DNA from: Ascidiella aspersa
Lineage: Eukaryota
DNA length: 64,000 nt
Assembly: GCA_963924565.1 (NCBI GenBank)
Contig: OZ004608.1
Location: 35,898,001 to 35,962,000 of the forward strand
Reading direction: 5' to 3'
Part shown: positions 36,001 to 48,120 of the stretch, piece after piece
How positions within the stretch are numbered: the first letter of the stretch is position 1
How the letters are laid out: each line of letters opens with the position of its first letter
Notes under the pieces: generated by a model
Told to the model about the DNA's origin: nothing
The model's database searches: none
What the model saw: the letters and a program-made list of their open reading frames with translations, nothing else
Program-made: the position numbers and the translations under genes

Positions 36001-37307
36001 GCTGTTCCTTCATTATTGGAGGCCAAACATTGATATTTTCCTTCGTCAGAAGCGTTGACTCTTGAAATTATCAAGCTGCCATGTTGATCCACCATCAACC
36101 TGCTATGTTCTATAATACAAAAACAATTTATACAAAAATCTTCCGTTAGATTTAAAAACACATGTACAATATGAATGAGGATGCTTTGAAGGACCTTTTA
36201 ACACAAACTAACAACTAAGATTGTAAACAGAAATTAGATCACTTGTTACCTCCAGCTAATATAACTTCTCCATCCTTCTTCCAGTGATATTTAGCATTGG
36301 TCAAGTTTGCCTTACAGCTTAATGTGACGTCATCGACCACAGCCACCTCCAAGTCAACAACAGTGATGTGCTTTGGCTCCAGAATGAAGATGTTGGCTGA
36401 AACTATAATAAATACATTAAATGTTTTTGTAGCTATGGCATTACAATATTGGGAAAGAAGCAAGTAGTTATGGAGTCAACTGTGTTCCGCCTCATATACT
36501 CTAAATGACCTTCTTAACCGTATAACCTTGTCCACGTGACGACAAATTTAAACCGCAAGTTATGACGTCATTGTGTGCAACATTATTTTAAGTCAAAGTC
36601 GATTAAAAATGCACACAAATCGTTTACAAAATACAAAAAAAAATCTATAGTCAGCTTATGGAAAATTGTCATTCAATTGAAATTTTATCAAAAAAATATA
36701 GTTTAGAGTTGTATTCCATGACATTTTAATTGTATTTTGTCTTCGTTGGAGCAATAAACGGTATTCACCAGCTTGAAGAATTAGCCAACTGTTTACACAA
36801 AATTCTTCGAAAATACCCAGCGTCTTGTTTGTTTGTCTATTTCAAATAACAAAAAACAACAACTATAAGCATTATTATGGGCTTTGCATAAATTAGAAAA
36901 AATAACTAAAACGTGTGGTTGACGACGCGAAGACACTAATGCAGTACTTTAAACAACAATATGTTGTTCAAATCAATGTTTTTCTAAAAGGTTAAATTTT
37001 TGTCAAAAAAATATATTTTTAGGTAAAAATTTTTTTCAAGTCAAAATTTCTCATTTTTAAGGTAAAAAAATAATCGTCCTATTATATCATACTACTTCGT
37101 AAAAGCTTTTAGCACAAATTTTAGTAAAATTGTTTTTGGTCAAATAATGGTATTATGTTGCGGATGTTTAATAAATTTATATTGTTTCTATTTGTTTAAA
37201 CTGACTAGTTATTCCTAAAAAAATAAAAAAGCAGGCAATTATTTATAACATTCCAGTAAATAGATGATAATACCTGATGCAAAAGTGAGAAGAAATACAA
37301 GAAACAT
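21558..37307 (-). CDS. Copy B: complete paralog (or allele) of the 10xIg-FN3-TM contactin-like receptor, ~1581 aa; second FN3 partly deleted
   Basis: Exons: 37274-37307, 36250-36402, 35969-36109, 35600-35695, 35299-35526, 35130-35226, 34800-34978, 33593-33874, 33367-33507, 32415-32549, 31824-31919, 31468-31695, 31298-31394, 30811-31007 (inferred new donor), 30194-30475 (GC donor), 30061-30115, 29514-29603, 29129-29265, 28802-28980, 28338-28434, 27715-27996, 26336-26466 (inferred new acceptor), 25743-25854, 24484-24594 (TM), 23767-24081, 23252-23443, 22254-22499, 21558-21970 (stop TAG). The sum is 4746 nt, divisible by 3. It could instead be a young pseudogene if the new splice sites are not used. 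Confidence 0.82.
22827..23209. mobile_element. hAT-type MITE with dispersed AAGTC subterminal repeats
   Basis: Ends CAGTGT.../...ACACTG. TSD CGACAAGG/CGATAAGG (7/8). Many AAGTCA motifs. The tail of the copy-A equivalent is at 1-34. Confidence 0.7.
24484..24594 (-). CDS. Copy B transmembrane exon (VPWFIWPIVIVLLLVSLGLVMCFV-RKRK)
   Basis: 111 nt, phase 1-1. Indels relative to copy A are in-frame. A second in-phase donor C|GTAAGT lies at ~24504. Confidence 0.85.
25743..30115 (-). CDS. Copy B Ig9, Ig10, FN3-1 and truncated FN3-2
   Basis: Near-identical to copy A 2555-7115. A ~260 bp deletion at ~26467 removes the 68-nt exon and the start of the next exon. Confidence 0.8.
26943..27690. mobile_element. 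Same hAT-type element in copy B (predates the duplication)
   Basis: Same termini and TSD CTGATAAT/CTGATAAG as 3989-4743. Confidence 0.75.
29830..30030. mobile_element. Palindromic MITE-like element, copy B equivalent of 6830-7030
   Basis: Essentially identical sequence and inverted repeats. Confidence 0.75.
30194..33507 (-). CDS. Copy B Ig5-Ig8 block
   Basis: Same exon series as copy A 7195-10492, except that the original donor of the Ig7 C-terminal exon is deleted and an in-phase GTAAAT lies 18 nt further on. Confidence 0.82.
33593..36402 (-). CDS. Copy B Ig1-Ig4 block
   Basis: Same seven exon sizes and phases as copy A 10579-15291; open frames. Confidence 0.85.
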
Positions 37308-40300
37308 TTCAGCTTGTATGATTAGTAAAAAACAGATTGCTGTGTTTTCTTGGAGACCATACGCCACAAAAATTAGAAGAAAAAATAAGAAATTAGGCTA
37401 ATAGATAACAAATTAGGCTAAAGAAACAAATAAATCAGTGTTAATTTCATGTAAAAGGGCGTTAACAGAAACAGATTGTGTTGTTGGCAATAGTGATAAC
37501 TTAAAATTTAAACGTATCATACAAAAACGTTGAACTGTGATCAATGGGAGCCTTTATGGAGGTAATTCTGTTCAGAGTTTCGCTGCGTTTTATCAGACTA
37601 AAAATCATTAAATAGCCCCAAGGCCGCCTTTAAAGGGCATAAACTGACTCTCAAAAAACTGACTCATAAAAGTAGGCCATTCAACCATATACATGAACTA
37701 ACAAGCATTGACAAAAACTAAAAAGATTTAAACCATACGGTTGGTAAAATACTATTTCACAGAAGGGCTGCGTATTACTCTAAGCCTACAATTATTAAAA
37801 CTCTGGGGAAACCAAATATCGCATGATTTGTATACATTTTGCAAAATATTATATTGATGGATTTGTTAACAGATTAAGCTAAATTGGATTTTCTTCAGAT
37901 TTTACATCACATGTAATAATTATTGAATATTGATACCAGGAATAGCACTCTTATCATCAAAAAGGTAATTTGCAACTTTTGTATCTGAAACCCGTTTAAA
38001 ACATTTAAGAAAGAACTGTAGTCGATACTCTTCGAAAGATTGAAAAAAAAGTTTATAAGTTTATAAAAGATCCTATGAAATATTTTTGACGAGCCCTTTA
38101 ACCCCACGGCTGTCCCTTTGCGATTTAGATCTAACGGAACTACAAAGCTACTTCATTTAAATGTTTATGCTTTGGGAATTCAATCGAGGCGATAAAGACT
38201 TAACATACGACTCAGTTCCTGGAATGATTGTTATGGATTGTTTTAAAATAAGTGTGGCCTCTCAAAACAATTTTAGTCTTATGTGATTCATTTACTGGCA
38301 CTTTTTTAGGATTTCGGTTTGTTAATTTCTTGTATTTTATTACAATTTAGGCTAAGTAATATACACAGGCCCTTAGAAAGATTAATTTGTGTGTTGTTTT
38401 GTTTTAAATGAAAAATATGTGAAATTGAATTCAGTTAGTAATGTGGGACTTTCCGCTTTATAAGAAAATTGTGAATCCCCTACAGTGCTTTTAATAAATC
38501 CACCATAAAAAAATAAAAATGTAGGGGTAGACCCTTTGCACATAAACCTTTAGGCAAACTGTTACTTTGCATCAAAGTCTGGAAGTGGCAAATAATGATG
38601 GCAATGCGCAAATTCGATTATTGGTGTGTTAAGTTCACCTTAAACTGAAAACAACTTAATTTGCAAGGAACGTGCAAATCAATTCAAGCTTTTGCCAACA
38701 AAAAATATTTTATTTGCAGGAAGTTCAAGAAAAGTAGACTTTAATTTGTAGTGTGTTTTATTTTTACTTTGATATATGGCGCAACATTTATTGCCTCTAG
38801 CTGCTGCAATGTATAGCATTCGAGCGCTAGCTGTCGCTGTTTTTATAACATAAACGTCCATTATCAAACTCATGTGCATCCGCGTGCACCGAAGCGTGCA
38901 GATCGCCTTTTTCCTATTTTCGCCGCTGTAGTTGTATAACGCGTGTTTTTTCGCATCATTGTGAATAAAGCGTCGACCGCTTTAGCACAATCACTCACAG
39001 GGTAATTGTCCCCAGCTAAAAGACATTTAAACGGATGATTAGGGAACTAACATTGAAAATGACCCTTCCCCCAAAAGACGTCATTACCCTTCTCAACACC
39101 GTCCTTCACCACACAATATGGAAAGCCCGAATTAAAAAAAGTCATAAACCTAGACTCACAACCTACCCCACCCCAACACCTAATATCGCGTTTTAATATG
39201 TCAATTCGATGCCGGTGCCAAAGAGAACAGGTCAAACCCAACTCTCCCCGCATTGACCTGTTCGTTAAACTTACTTCCCTCCTTTGGTACCAACTGACCC
39301 CTCCTCTCCTACCAAACTAAATTGTCCTTGCCCCATGTGAAACCAAAACAATAGGTCTGCCCTAACCCCTTCGTAAAATCCTATGTTTGTTTCTGTTTAT
39401 TTTTTATTTTTTTTATTATCCCTTTATTGTCTTATCTATCTTGTATTCGTTTTTAAATATTTATTCAAATTAAGGAAAAGTTACCCTACTGTCATTGCTC
39501 GCCTTGTTTCAGCGAGACACCATTTTGTTTTTCGAACCGCCATTTTTTTAGTTTTTACATTGACATTTTGGTTGATATGTACAATATATATTAATGCCTT
39601 TATCTTGCCGTGCCTTCTTCGAGAGCTGCACCAGCCCGAAGAAAATTTTTTAAAATTAAATATGTATATCTTTAGCCGAGGGGAGCTATGAAAAACATAG
39701 AGCAAGTTGTCCAGTAACACACAGACCTGCTGATGCATACTCCTCTTGGTAGGGGGAGTGAAAAGCAGGTCAACCGTTAATTTCCCAGTTTTTTTTAAAA
39801 TAATCAACCAAATCATATGAGCAAATAAAACGAAATTATATGGACCCATAATCCATTTATCTGTCCATGCCTTTTTCACCGCTTATATTTTTTCGACAAC
39901 ATTCCAAAATAAAAGACCAAAAAGGGGCAATGATGAGCCCAAACCAAAGGGGGGTTTGCAAATTGCCAACTTCACCAACCCTGAGGTACTGAGTCCTCAC
40001 AAAAGTTAAAAAAACCCCATAGAAATGATGCAAAACTGTATAAATTAAAATTGTTAGAACTAACCATGACACACCCTAACTCAAACGCTCACCCGAACCT
40101 TAACTTATAAATCCTGAACAATCCTACCAACGTTGGAGGAAAATTTTTTTAGCCTCTAGCTGCTACAATGTATAGCATCCGAGCGCCGCTAGCTGTCGCT
40201 GTTTTCCTATTTCGTCGCTGCACTTATTAACCCGTGACGCGTGTTTGTTTTGCAATACCTCTTGACTTTTGCGTTTTGCAACTACGCAATGAAGCAGAAT

Positions 40301-42739
40301 AAATCAAAGAAAGGATGCAAAGTGTAGAAATTAAAATTCTTAAAACTAACCATGACACACCCGACCTCAAAACTTATAAATAAAGAAAAATCCTATCAAC
40401 GTTGGTGGAAAATTTTGAATCCAATATACAACACTAATGGGTGTGTGCGTGGGATTTTGTTCTTACACAAACGCCATTAAAATTTAGTGCTTTGTTAAAG
40501 GCCGCATTTGTCTAATACTTTATCTGTAAATCAGGTGGCACTGTTGAACGAAATTACATTGTAATGTACTTTGATTCGAGTAAGACGTTTTGTCTAAATC
40601 GGTAGTCTTAAGGGTAATAATATAATACGGGGTTTTCCTGTCATGTTTTGATATTATTTACTCTATGTGTAAACTCCATTTGGCCAGGATTTGTTTGTTT
40701 TTGCAAAAAATAGTTGTGTAGAGCAGTTTTGTACGTTTGGACATTCTTATATGTCCAGTTGTTAAATTGGCGTTTGTTTACCTATTTTAATGAAACATAC
40801 AAAATGTTTGCCGTTAGATGACGTAAGTGAGCTAATTGGAGTGCGTTTTTTTACATGGTGGCGCTAGAGGGTAAACAAGGCTTGGATCTTCCCTTCCAAG
40901 GCGGGCTTAAGGTCCAACTAACTGCGCCGCGTATGACATAAAGGAATTAGCAGAACGCGACGAAAAAAAACACGAGGACAAGAGGGGAAAAATATTATTT
41001 TTTTAAATATTTTAAAATGTGCCTGGTCTGGTTACATTAACAAAACGTTTGTGTATGAAGAAAAGTACACAATAAAATATGTAACAACAGACTGCCCGCT
41101 ATGCGCATTTTTCCGTGACTTTTTTATTGTTTTTTTTTTGTTTAGCGCAAGCAAAAAACAAATTAAAAGTTCTTTTCCTAATATTTGATCTCCAGTCATC
41201 TTCTGGCAATTACTTTTTGCAAGGATTTTTAAATATAATACCTTAAGTACCCGTTTAAACAAGGCTTGGTCCAGTAACTCACTGCTTCAAGTATGACATA
41301 AATTCAATCATGAGGCTTTAAGAACTTAGACCCTTCTTAAAAATATTAGTTTTTACTTTTAAGGCTGTAAACGTGTGTGTATAAATTTGTAGATGTCAAG
41401 GGTTGACACCCGCTAATACTTTGGGGGTTAGATAGTGGTGGCTCTTGGGTGACAAAATAAATAGAAAAAACTTGATATAAAACTTTAAATCGGAGTTTAT
41501 TTTGTGACGTTAAGTGGTTTTTTAAGGTAAAGCTTGTCATTTCTTTACCGATTTAATATAGCATACACAAAAAGGTTAAGCCGGTAAAAAAATACGTGAA
41601 AGTCACCCTTATTTAAAAATATAACATTCACGTGATACTCGTAACTATCTAAAACTGTTACACTTCCCTTGTAAAAACTAAAAACAGACTGGACGTCTTT
41701 TGCAAAATAACATGCTGGCTGTTCACCTTTTCTATCACTTTATGAAAGACAGACTACACAACCTTACACAAGCTTATCTCAAATATCCTAAAATTCTCTT
41801 TCCATCGCATGTGATGACTGAACAACCGGATCTGAAGTTTTCAACTTTTAATCAACTATGGTTAATCATTTACTATGAATCATTTTACCCTTTTGTCGGC
41901 AGGTAACGAGCTAAATACATGGGTGATAAAACAGCAAGAAGCCAGACTTCAAACTGCGCTCCGCCCTAAAAACGTCAGCAATCAATTTACAGAGCCCATG
42001 ACGTAACAATGCCACACGCGTGAAGTCACAATACGACGCGAAAGCAGGCGGGAAGTCATTGGGAAAGTTATTTTTATCAATCACAGACGTCCATCGATCG
42101 GGTCGCCTATAAAGAAACAGCTAATATTTCTGGAATGAAATTTTGCAGACAGTGAACCACAGTTTTTACATTCTTTACGTGGAAGGCGCGCACTACCGTG
42201 CCTAATAAGTGATATGTGCCTATGCGATGCGTCGCGCCATTATGCGCGCGCAAAAGCGAAAAATGGAGCTATAGCGAAAGGGAAAAATCTTACACTATTG
42301 GTAAAACCGTCCTGTTGGCCATGTGTGTCATTCCCTGAAGAAGGCTTTCCGAATAGTAAGCTGAAACGTTGGTTTAACAAATATATACCAGAAGAACTTA
42401 TTTTTATTATAATATGCCTTATAGAAACAGCATATTGATTCACCTTCCTTGTTATAATGATCGCCACATTCACCTTCTTTATTTGTGGGTATACGGTAAC
42501 CATACTGTAACCGTTTAACTATCTTTATTCACATATTTTGCTTTTTTACTTCATTAAAATAAACCAAAGTTTAACATGTGAGTTTGGCGAAACGCCAAGT
42601 TAATGCCAATAAGCTCACAGGCAAGTTACCAGGTCGTTGTATTGTAACGAAACTTTCCCTATGAACTTCTTGCACTTGCTAACAAACCTTGTAGTGTTTC
42701 TGGTCTGCGAGCACCACGCCCACTATTGTACAACTGACG

Positions 42740-43144
42740 TTACTTGACTTAAGCCTTTTGGACAAATGACTTGAAGTGTTTTTATTACGCATTTTTTACA
42801 AAGCTGGATTATTTATTCCAAGTTTTACACCTAAAACAATTTGCTTCTTATAGGTTTTATTTTGTTATTTTTCAGTTGAGTTATTTTTCATGATCGGATT
42901 TTTTTTTACAAATGACTGGACGAGTTACCAATTTTAAGAATTTAACATTCAATTTTTATGACAAGGACTTGACTTGGGATTGCCTTGTTCTAATTGTGAC
43001 TTGACCTGGACTTGACTTCTTATTCATTTAAAATACTTAACTTAGACTTGAGTTATTTAGAAAATGGGTTGATCTGGACTTAAGTTTTTTACAAATGACT
43101 GGACTCGGACTTCGGTCATTTCAAAATGATTTGTTTACATCACT
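42740..43144. mobile_element. Related (TGACTT-rich) element in opposite orientation
   Basis: Repeated GACTTGACTT motifs. The right end ...AAAATGATTTGTTTACATCACTG resembles the reverse complement of the 22827 terminus. Left boundary is approximate. Confidence 0.5.
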
Positions 43145-46100
43145 GAATAACACCTTGTACTTCACAGTATTCCAAAAGCTGTTCTTATATATCAATATTG
43201 CATTTAATGCCCAATTATCAAGAAGTCATAATATAGCGAACAAACTCATGGGACTTCTGGCGACTTAATTAGGTCTTCCACTAATCATTGTAGATTTGCG
43301 ACAAAAAAACATATTTTTTAACAACGAAAAACTTCAGTGCGCAAAACTTATTTATTGACACAATATTGCGCTTTATAAATGCAAAACATGTGCAAGGTGA
43401 TCCAATAAGAATGTATTGTCAGATGGTAGTTTTCTATAATTACTGTTTTTACACATGCGAAAACTTAAATGTGAATACACTACGGGTATTGGTATTCGGT
43501 TTATGTTTTGGTATTTTGAATTTAATTTTCGCAAGGATTTGCCAACAGGAACCGGTGAATGGGATTGGATTTATTTATTGTTGCATTCTTGGTTGGATTT
43601 ATTTTAATGCATTCTTTATATTTTGCTAAACCTGCACCAGTTTAAATAAAATACAAAAGCGACATTAGCAGTGAATTGAGAATGTCGTGAGTTTAAACTT
43701 GCAACAAAACGTCATAGTCTACCCGAAGCAGCCGTTAAGTATTACACGAAAACTTCGTATAGCCCTAGCCTAGGTACACAAGATGGATAACGATCGGATC
43801 ATAAGCAAACAATCGGATCATATGTGGAAATTGCTAAGCTTGTAATTCTCCGGGACTACAATCATAAGACCGAAATCAGAACGACAGCAACGTCAGAATA
43901 AAACACAGTTTGGATTAAGACCAAAATAGTGGATTAGTAACGTCTAAAGCGGAATAAAGTTCTAAAACTATCGACATAAGACCAAAATGGCCAGAATCAG
44001 GCCTGAACAACACTTTAACAAATCCTACACCTAAGTACATCACTAACTCCCCTAATAAACTCAACCCAAACCCGCTTTCTAACCCCACGCATTACCCACC
44101 AATAACCACAAACAGGGCTTATCATACAAAGGTGTGTCCAATTGCGATAATTATTATTTTGGTAATAATAAAGATATGAAGTCTTTTTTCTGTGCTCTGT
44201 GAAAGATGCAAACAAATGAACTGTTCACTGTACATTTGCCCGTCACTGGAAGGTCTACTACTAAACGAGGTATAGGTTCTCAATCTGGGATAATTTGAGG
44301 GATATTTTAAAGTTCCAAAGAAGTAGACATAAACGGTACGAGAGTTCCAAATTATTATTGAACCCAAAATAAACCTTCAATAGGGAATAACCTGCAATTT
44401 ACGATACATTCCAAGTAAGTATAAGCCTATAAATACGTAAATTGTTACCATGGCACCATTTTACTGCAATAAAAGATAAGCCTGCACCTTATGTGGCAAA
44501 ACATTACTGACCGTAGTTTGTTTTGAATTCGTTTTCTTTGGTTTTCTTTTGGGTTGTGGTAAAACTCACTTCACCATTGCAAGCCAATTCTTGTTTGACC
44601 AGACAGTAGATATAAACTCACATCATAGTAACAAGAGTCAAATAACATTATTGTTGCTTATATGGAGGCAAACTGCTGTGCAGTATTTATTAAAGGCAGC
44701 AAAGTGGACAGGGCGTTTAAGTAACTGGATAATTAAGCCACAGGCACAGACACACAATCAAAGTTTTCGTCGTCTTCAACGAGAAACGTTAACAAAAACT
44801 GTTCAGAGGAACCGGAATAAAAAAATGCCATGGTTTTACAATTGTTAAGAGTGAGAAAATGACGATGTTTTGATACCTGTTTACAAAATCACCAAGTTTA
44901 GCAAGTCGCACGTAAAAAGGCGGAGATAGTAACTCTTTCTATTCAAGTGTTAAGTGTTAAAGTATTAATATTCAGGCTGATGTGTTGGTAAATCAAAATG
45001 CACCAATCGTGTATTAACATTGTGAGAACCATAATAGAATTCGTTACTGTGTACAGGTCTAGTGTGCATAATTAGAGTGGATAGAGTAACCTCTTAATAT
45101 CTCCTTTTTTCAAAAAAGTAACATGAGCTGTTGGCCTATTGTCGCAGTCTAATTTGTAACTCGATCCCGCGTGTTGAAGTGCGCTCATCGAACATTGTGT
45201 GTAACGACGATGTTTGGTTTGTTCAGATGTTTGGTTTGTTTGTACTTGTTACGTGTGTATCAACACAGTAAACACCTAAACTTGTTAATTGTCACAAGCA
45301 TATAATCTCAAAGTTCCACTATCATTAGGAGTTATTACGAATTGTTAAATAGGTTTTAAGACGGCGATAATTCTTAAGTGTTTTTGTATTTCGAAATTAA
45401 TGTAGTTATTGTCTGTTCCTCTCTATCTTTTTCAGGTGTACATTACCACGACTTTATTTCGGTCATTTAGAGCATACAATGTTAATGTAGCCTGTGCGTG
45501 CGAACGACATTCGCTGCCCGAAGCGATGGCCACTCGGGCGAGATAAGTGGACCTGTGTACTGTTTATCTTAGCAAATTCCTGCTGGCCTAGTCTGCAGGT
45601 CTTTGAACGACTGATGGACTTTTTTGTGTTTCTAAATTACCAGCTTGACCAGTAGTAGAATTGTTAGCGTGATGACTTTGCTAAATTGTATTGCATTTTG
45701 TGCTATATATTTGAGAACGATTCGGTTCTAATATGCCAGTTTTGATTCGTGGTTATTGCAGTAACATGTTATGATTTGACAATAATATTGTAAGTAGATT
45801 TGTGTAATGCCGATATTAATGCTAACTCTTGTTTGTGATAGTTATTAACGCTCATCTTTTACACTTAACCCAATATATACTAAAGAGATACATTTGTGTT
45901 GTTTGATTATTCCTAAGGACAGAATAGAATTTATAATTACCCGGATAGAACTCACTTAGCGACTTTAGGTTTTGTTACTTATTAAACGAATATAGGATAC
46001 TACCATAAGTTTCTCAACATAACTAAAAAGTCGCTACAGTACTGTTCCGGGCGAAGTCAGGAACCGTCGCAACGTTTACATAGTGAGTCACCACCAAGTG

Positions 46101-46679
46101 CAGCCATATCCATTCACACGTCATAGCGTACAATCCAGTATGCAAAAACTAGCTGGGTTTGGACATTCTTTTAGTGACTTTCCAGGTAAACCATACGAGC
46201 CGCCTTTGTTTATACTTCTCGAAACTCCCGATTAAAAGTCAAATGTTAAGCTCGCAATAACATCGAAAACAAATCGAAATTGGTTGAAACTTTCTTTGAC
46301 AATCTCGGTTTAGGTTTTTGAATTCTTTTTAAATTAGTTTGGTTTAGAATTAACAGAAAAGTTACATGGTAATTTCATTGGTGAAAGTTAACGCATCATG
46401 AAACGTCTAAAATTAACTTTTCTTGGGACTTGCGGCGAAAATCAAAACAAATTTGTTTTTCCATTTTAATCGCAAAGTTTCGCAAGTAAGGTAACAACTA
46501 ATGATGTGGAAAACGACAAAATGAATTATTCCAAACAGGATCATGAGATGCTACCTACTTCTGTATAGGCTTGATATATTCATTGTACGTCCAATACGAC
46601 CTCCAGAAGATATATTAAGATTAATTTGGAACGTTTATAAAATACTACGTACTTTTGTATGGGCTTTAAAGAATTATTC

Positions 46680-47100
46680 CAAAATGGCCAGAATCAGGCC
46701 TAAACAACACTTAAACTAACCCCAAATTTCACCCCTAATTACGTCACTAACTCCCCTAATGTCCTCAACCGAAACCCACTTTCTAACCCCACCCTTTACC
46801 CACCTATAACCACAAACAGGCCCCAAAACCGGTGCCAAAACAGCAGCGCTCGAAAGGCGCCGGTCCAACTAGGGCGTCCCAATATCGACACCAAAACGGC
46901 CGATGCCAGACCAACGGCCCCCGATCATCCCATATTCTCTACCTACAGTTTCAGGCGTTATTTTGTTTGTCCATTTAGGCCTTATTCTGATGAATTTAGG
47001 ACGTATTCTGACAAGTTTAAGACTTATTCAGACGATTTCGATCTTATTCTGTGATATTATTGCGTATTTGGCTTTATTATGCCATTGATCTTAATACTAT
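46680..47100. repeat. Dispersed repeat family with CTAACCCC-rich core (also ~12790-13160 inverted, ~19960-20190, ~43865-44120)
   Basis: Shared motifs AAATGGCCAGAATC.GGCCTA.ACAACACTT, TTTCTAACCCCAC, GTGCCAAAACAGC, GGCCGATGCCA. Class unknown. Confidence 0.6.
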
Positions 47101-47782
47101 GGTTTTATAGATTTTTCTGCTTTATGCATTTTTGCTTTATAGGTCTTATTGTGTGTTCCAAAATGTAACGGTTAAAGTTCGTTTAGAGTCTAAATTTTAG
47201 ACCAAATCTAAGAAAGCAATACAAGCAAATGTACTGTTCACTGTACATTTGCCCATCACTGAAAAGCCTACTACTTTACGAGGTGTTCAAAATCTGCATA
47301 TGTTTGCGTATTTTACGTCGCCTCTTAAGCAAAAGCCTACACTTTTTGTGGCAAAACATTACTGACCGCTGTTTGTTTTGAATTCGTTTTTATTGGTTTT
47401 CTTTTGCGTTCTGGTTAAAACTCACTTCACCATTGCAAGCCATTTCTTGTTTGACCAGACAGTAGATATAAACTCACATCATAGTAACAAGAGACAAATC
47501 ACATTCTTTGTTGCTTATATAGAGGCAAACTTCTGTGTAGTATCTATTAAAGGCAACAAAGAGCAAGAGCCATTTAACTAATTGGTTGGGCATGCCGCAA
47601 GCACACACACACAATAGTAGCTTTCGCGGTCTTCAGTGAGAATCGCTGAACAAAAATGTTAACAGCTGTTTGAAAGAAACCGTTGATGAGAAAAATGTTG
47701 TTAATGTACGAAGTTTGGAAGAACAAGCTGGTTTCCAAAATTACCAAAGTTGGAAGTTAATACGTTAATAGGCGGTTAAACT

Positions 47783-48120
47783 TCAGGGGCTCTTAAACTG
47801 GGTACATGGACCCCTTGGGTGTAGGTGAACTAGTTTTATGAGGTCCATCAAGGCCCAATTAAAATATTAGTGTAAATTGGAGTAATCATTTTTTAACAAA
47901 AAGTGTTAAATTATACATAAAACGATTTTGCACTGAATGCATATTTAGAGTCCATTGCGCTTACACATTTTTTTGGACAGGAAACTGCAAATTTTTGAAA
48001 TCTATTTGTATTGTGACATCAATTGATGACGTCATCTCTAAAATTCCTTGCCACGCTGGTCCATGCAAAGCAAAACTATTTTTTAGGGGTCTGCAGTAAA
48101 AAAAAGTTCAAGAACCCCTG
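47783..48120. mobile_element. Charlie/MER5-like hAT MITE carried within the repeated upstream module (also ~51722-52059, ~60958-61296, partial ~63212-63537)
   Basis: Ends CAGGGGCTCTTAAACT / AGTTCAAGAACCCCTG. No clear TSD. The same flanks in each copy show spread by segmental duplication, not transposition. Confidence 0.6.

Larger units (their letters stand above)
1..46135. repeat. Tandem segmental duplication: unit A (<1-~21425) and unit B (~21430-~46135)
   Basis: Continuous colinear similarity in exons, introns and upstream DNA, with an offset of ~23,175 at the left end (pos 4 vs 23179). Homology ends at CACCAAGTGCAGCCATATCCAT...CATAGCGTACAATC (~21366-21425 vs ~46093-46135). Confidence 0.92.

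Noticed and set aside
21558-37307. Assigning a gene symbol (CNTN, L1CAM/NRG, DSCAM)
   Set aside because: Domain count, TM plus long tail, and the absence of a GPI signal or FIGQY fit none of these. Orthology needs a phylogeny.
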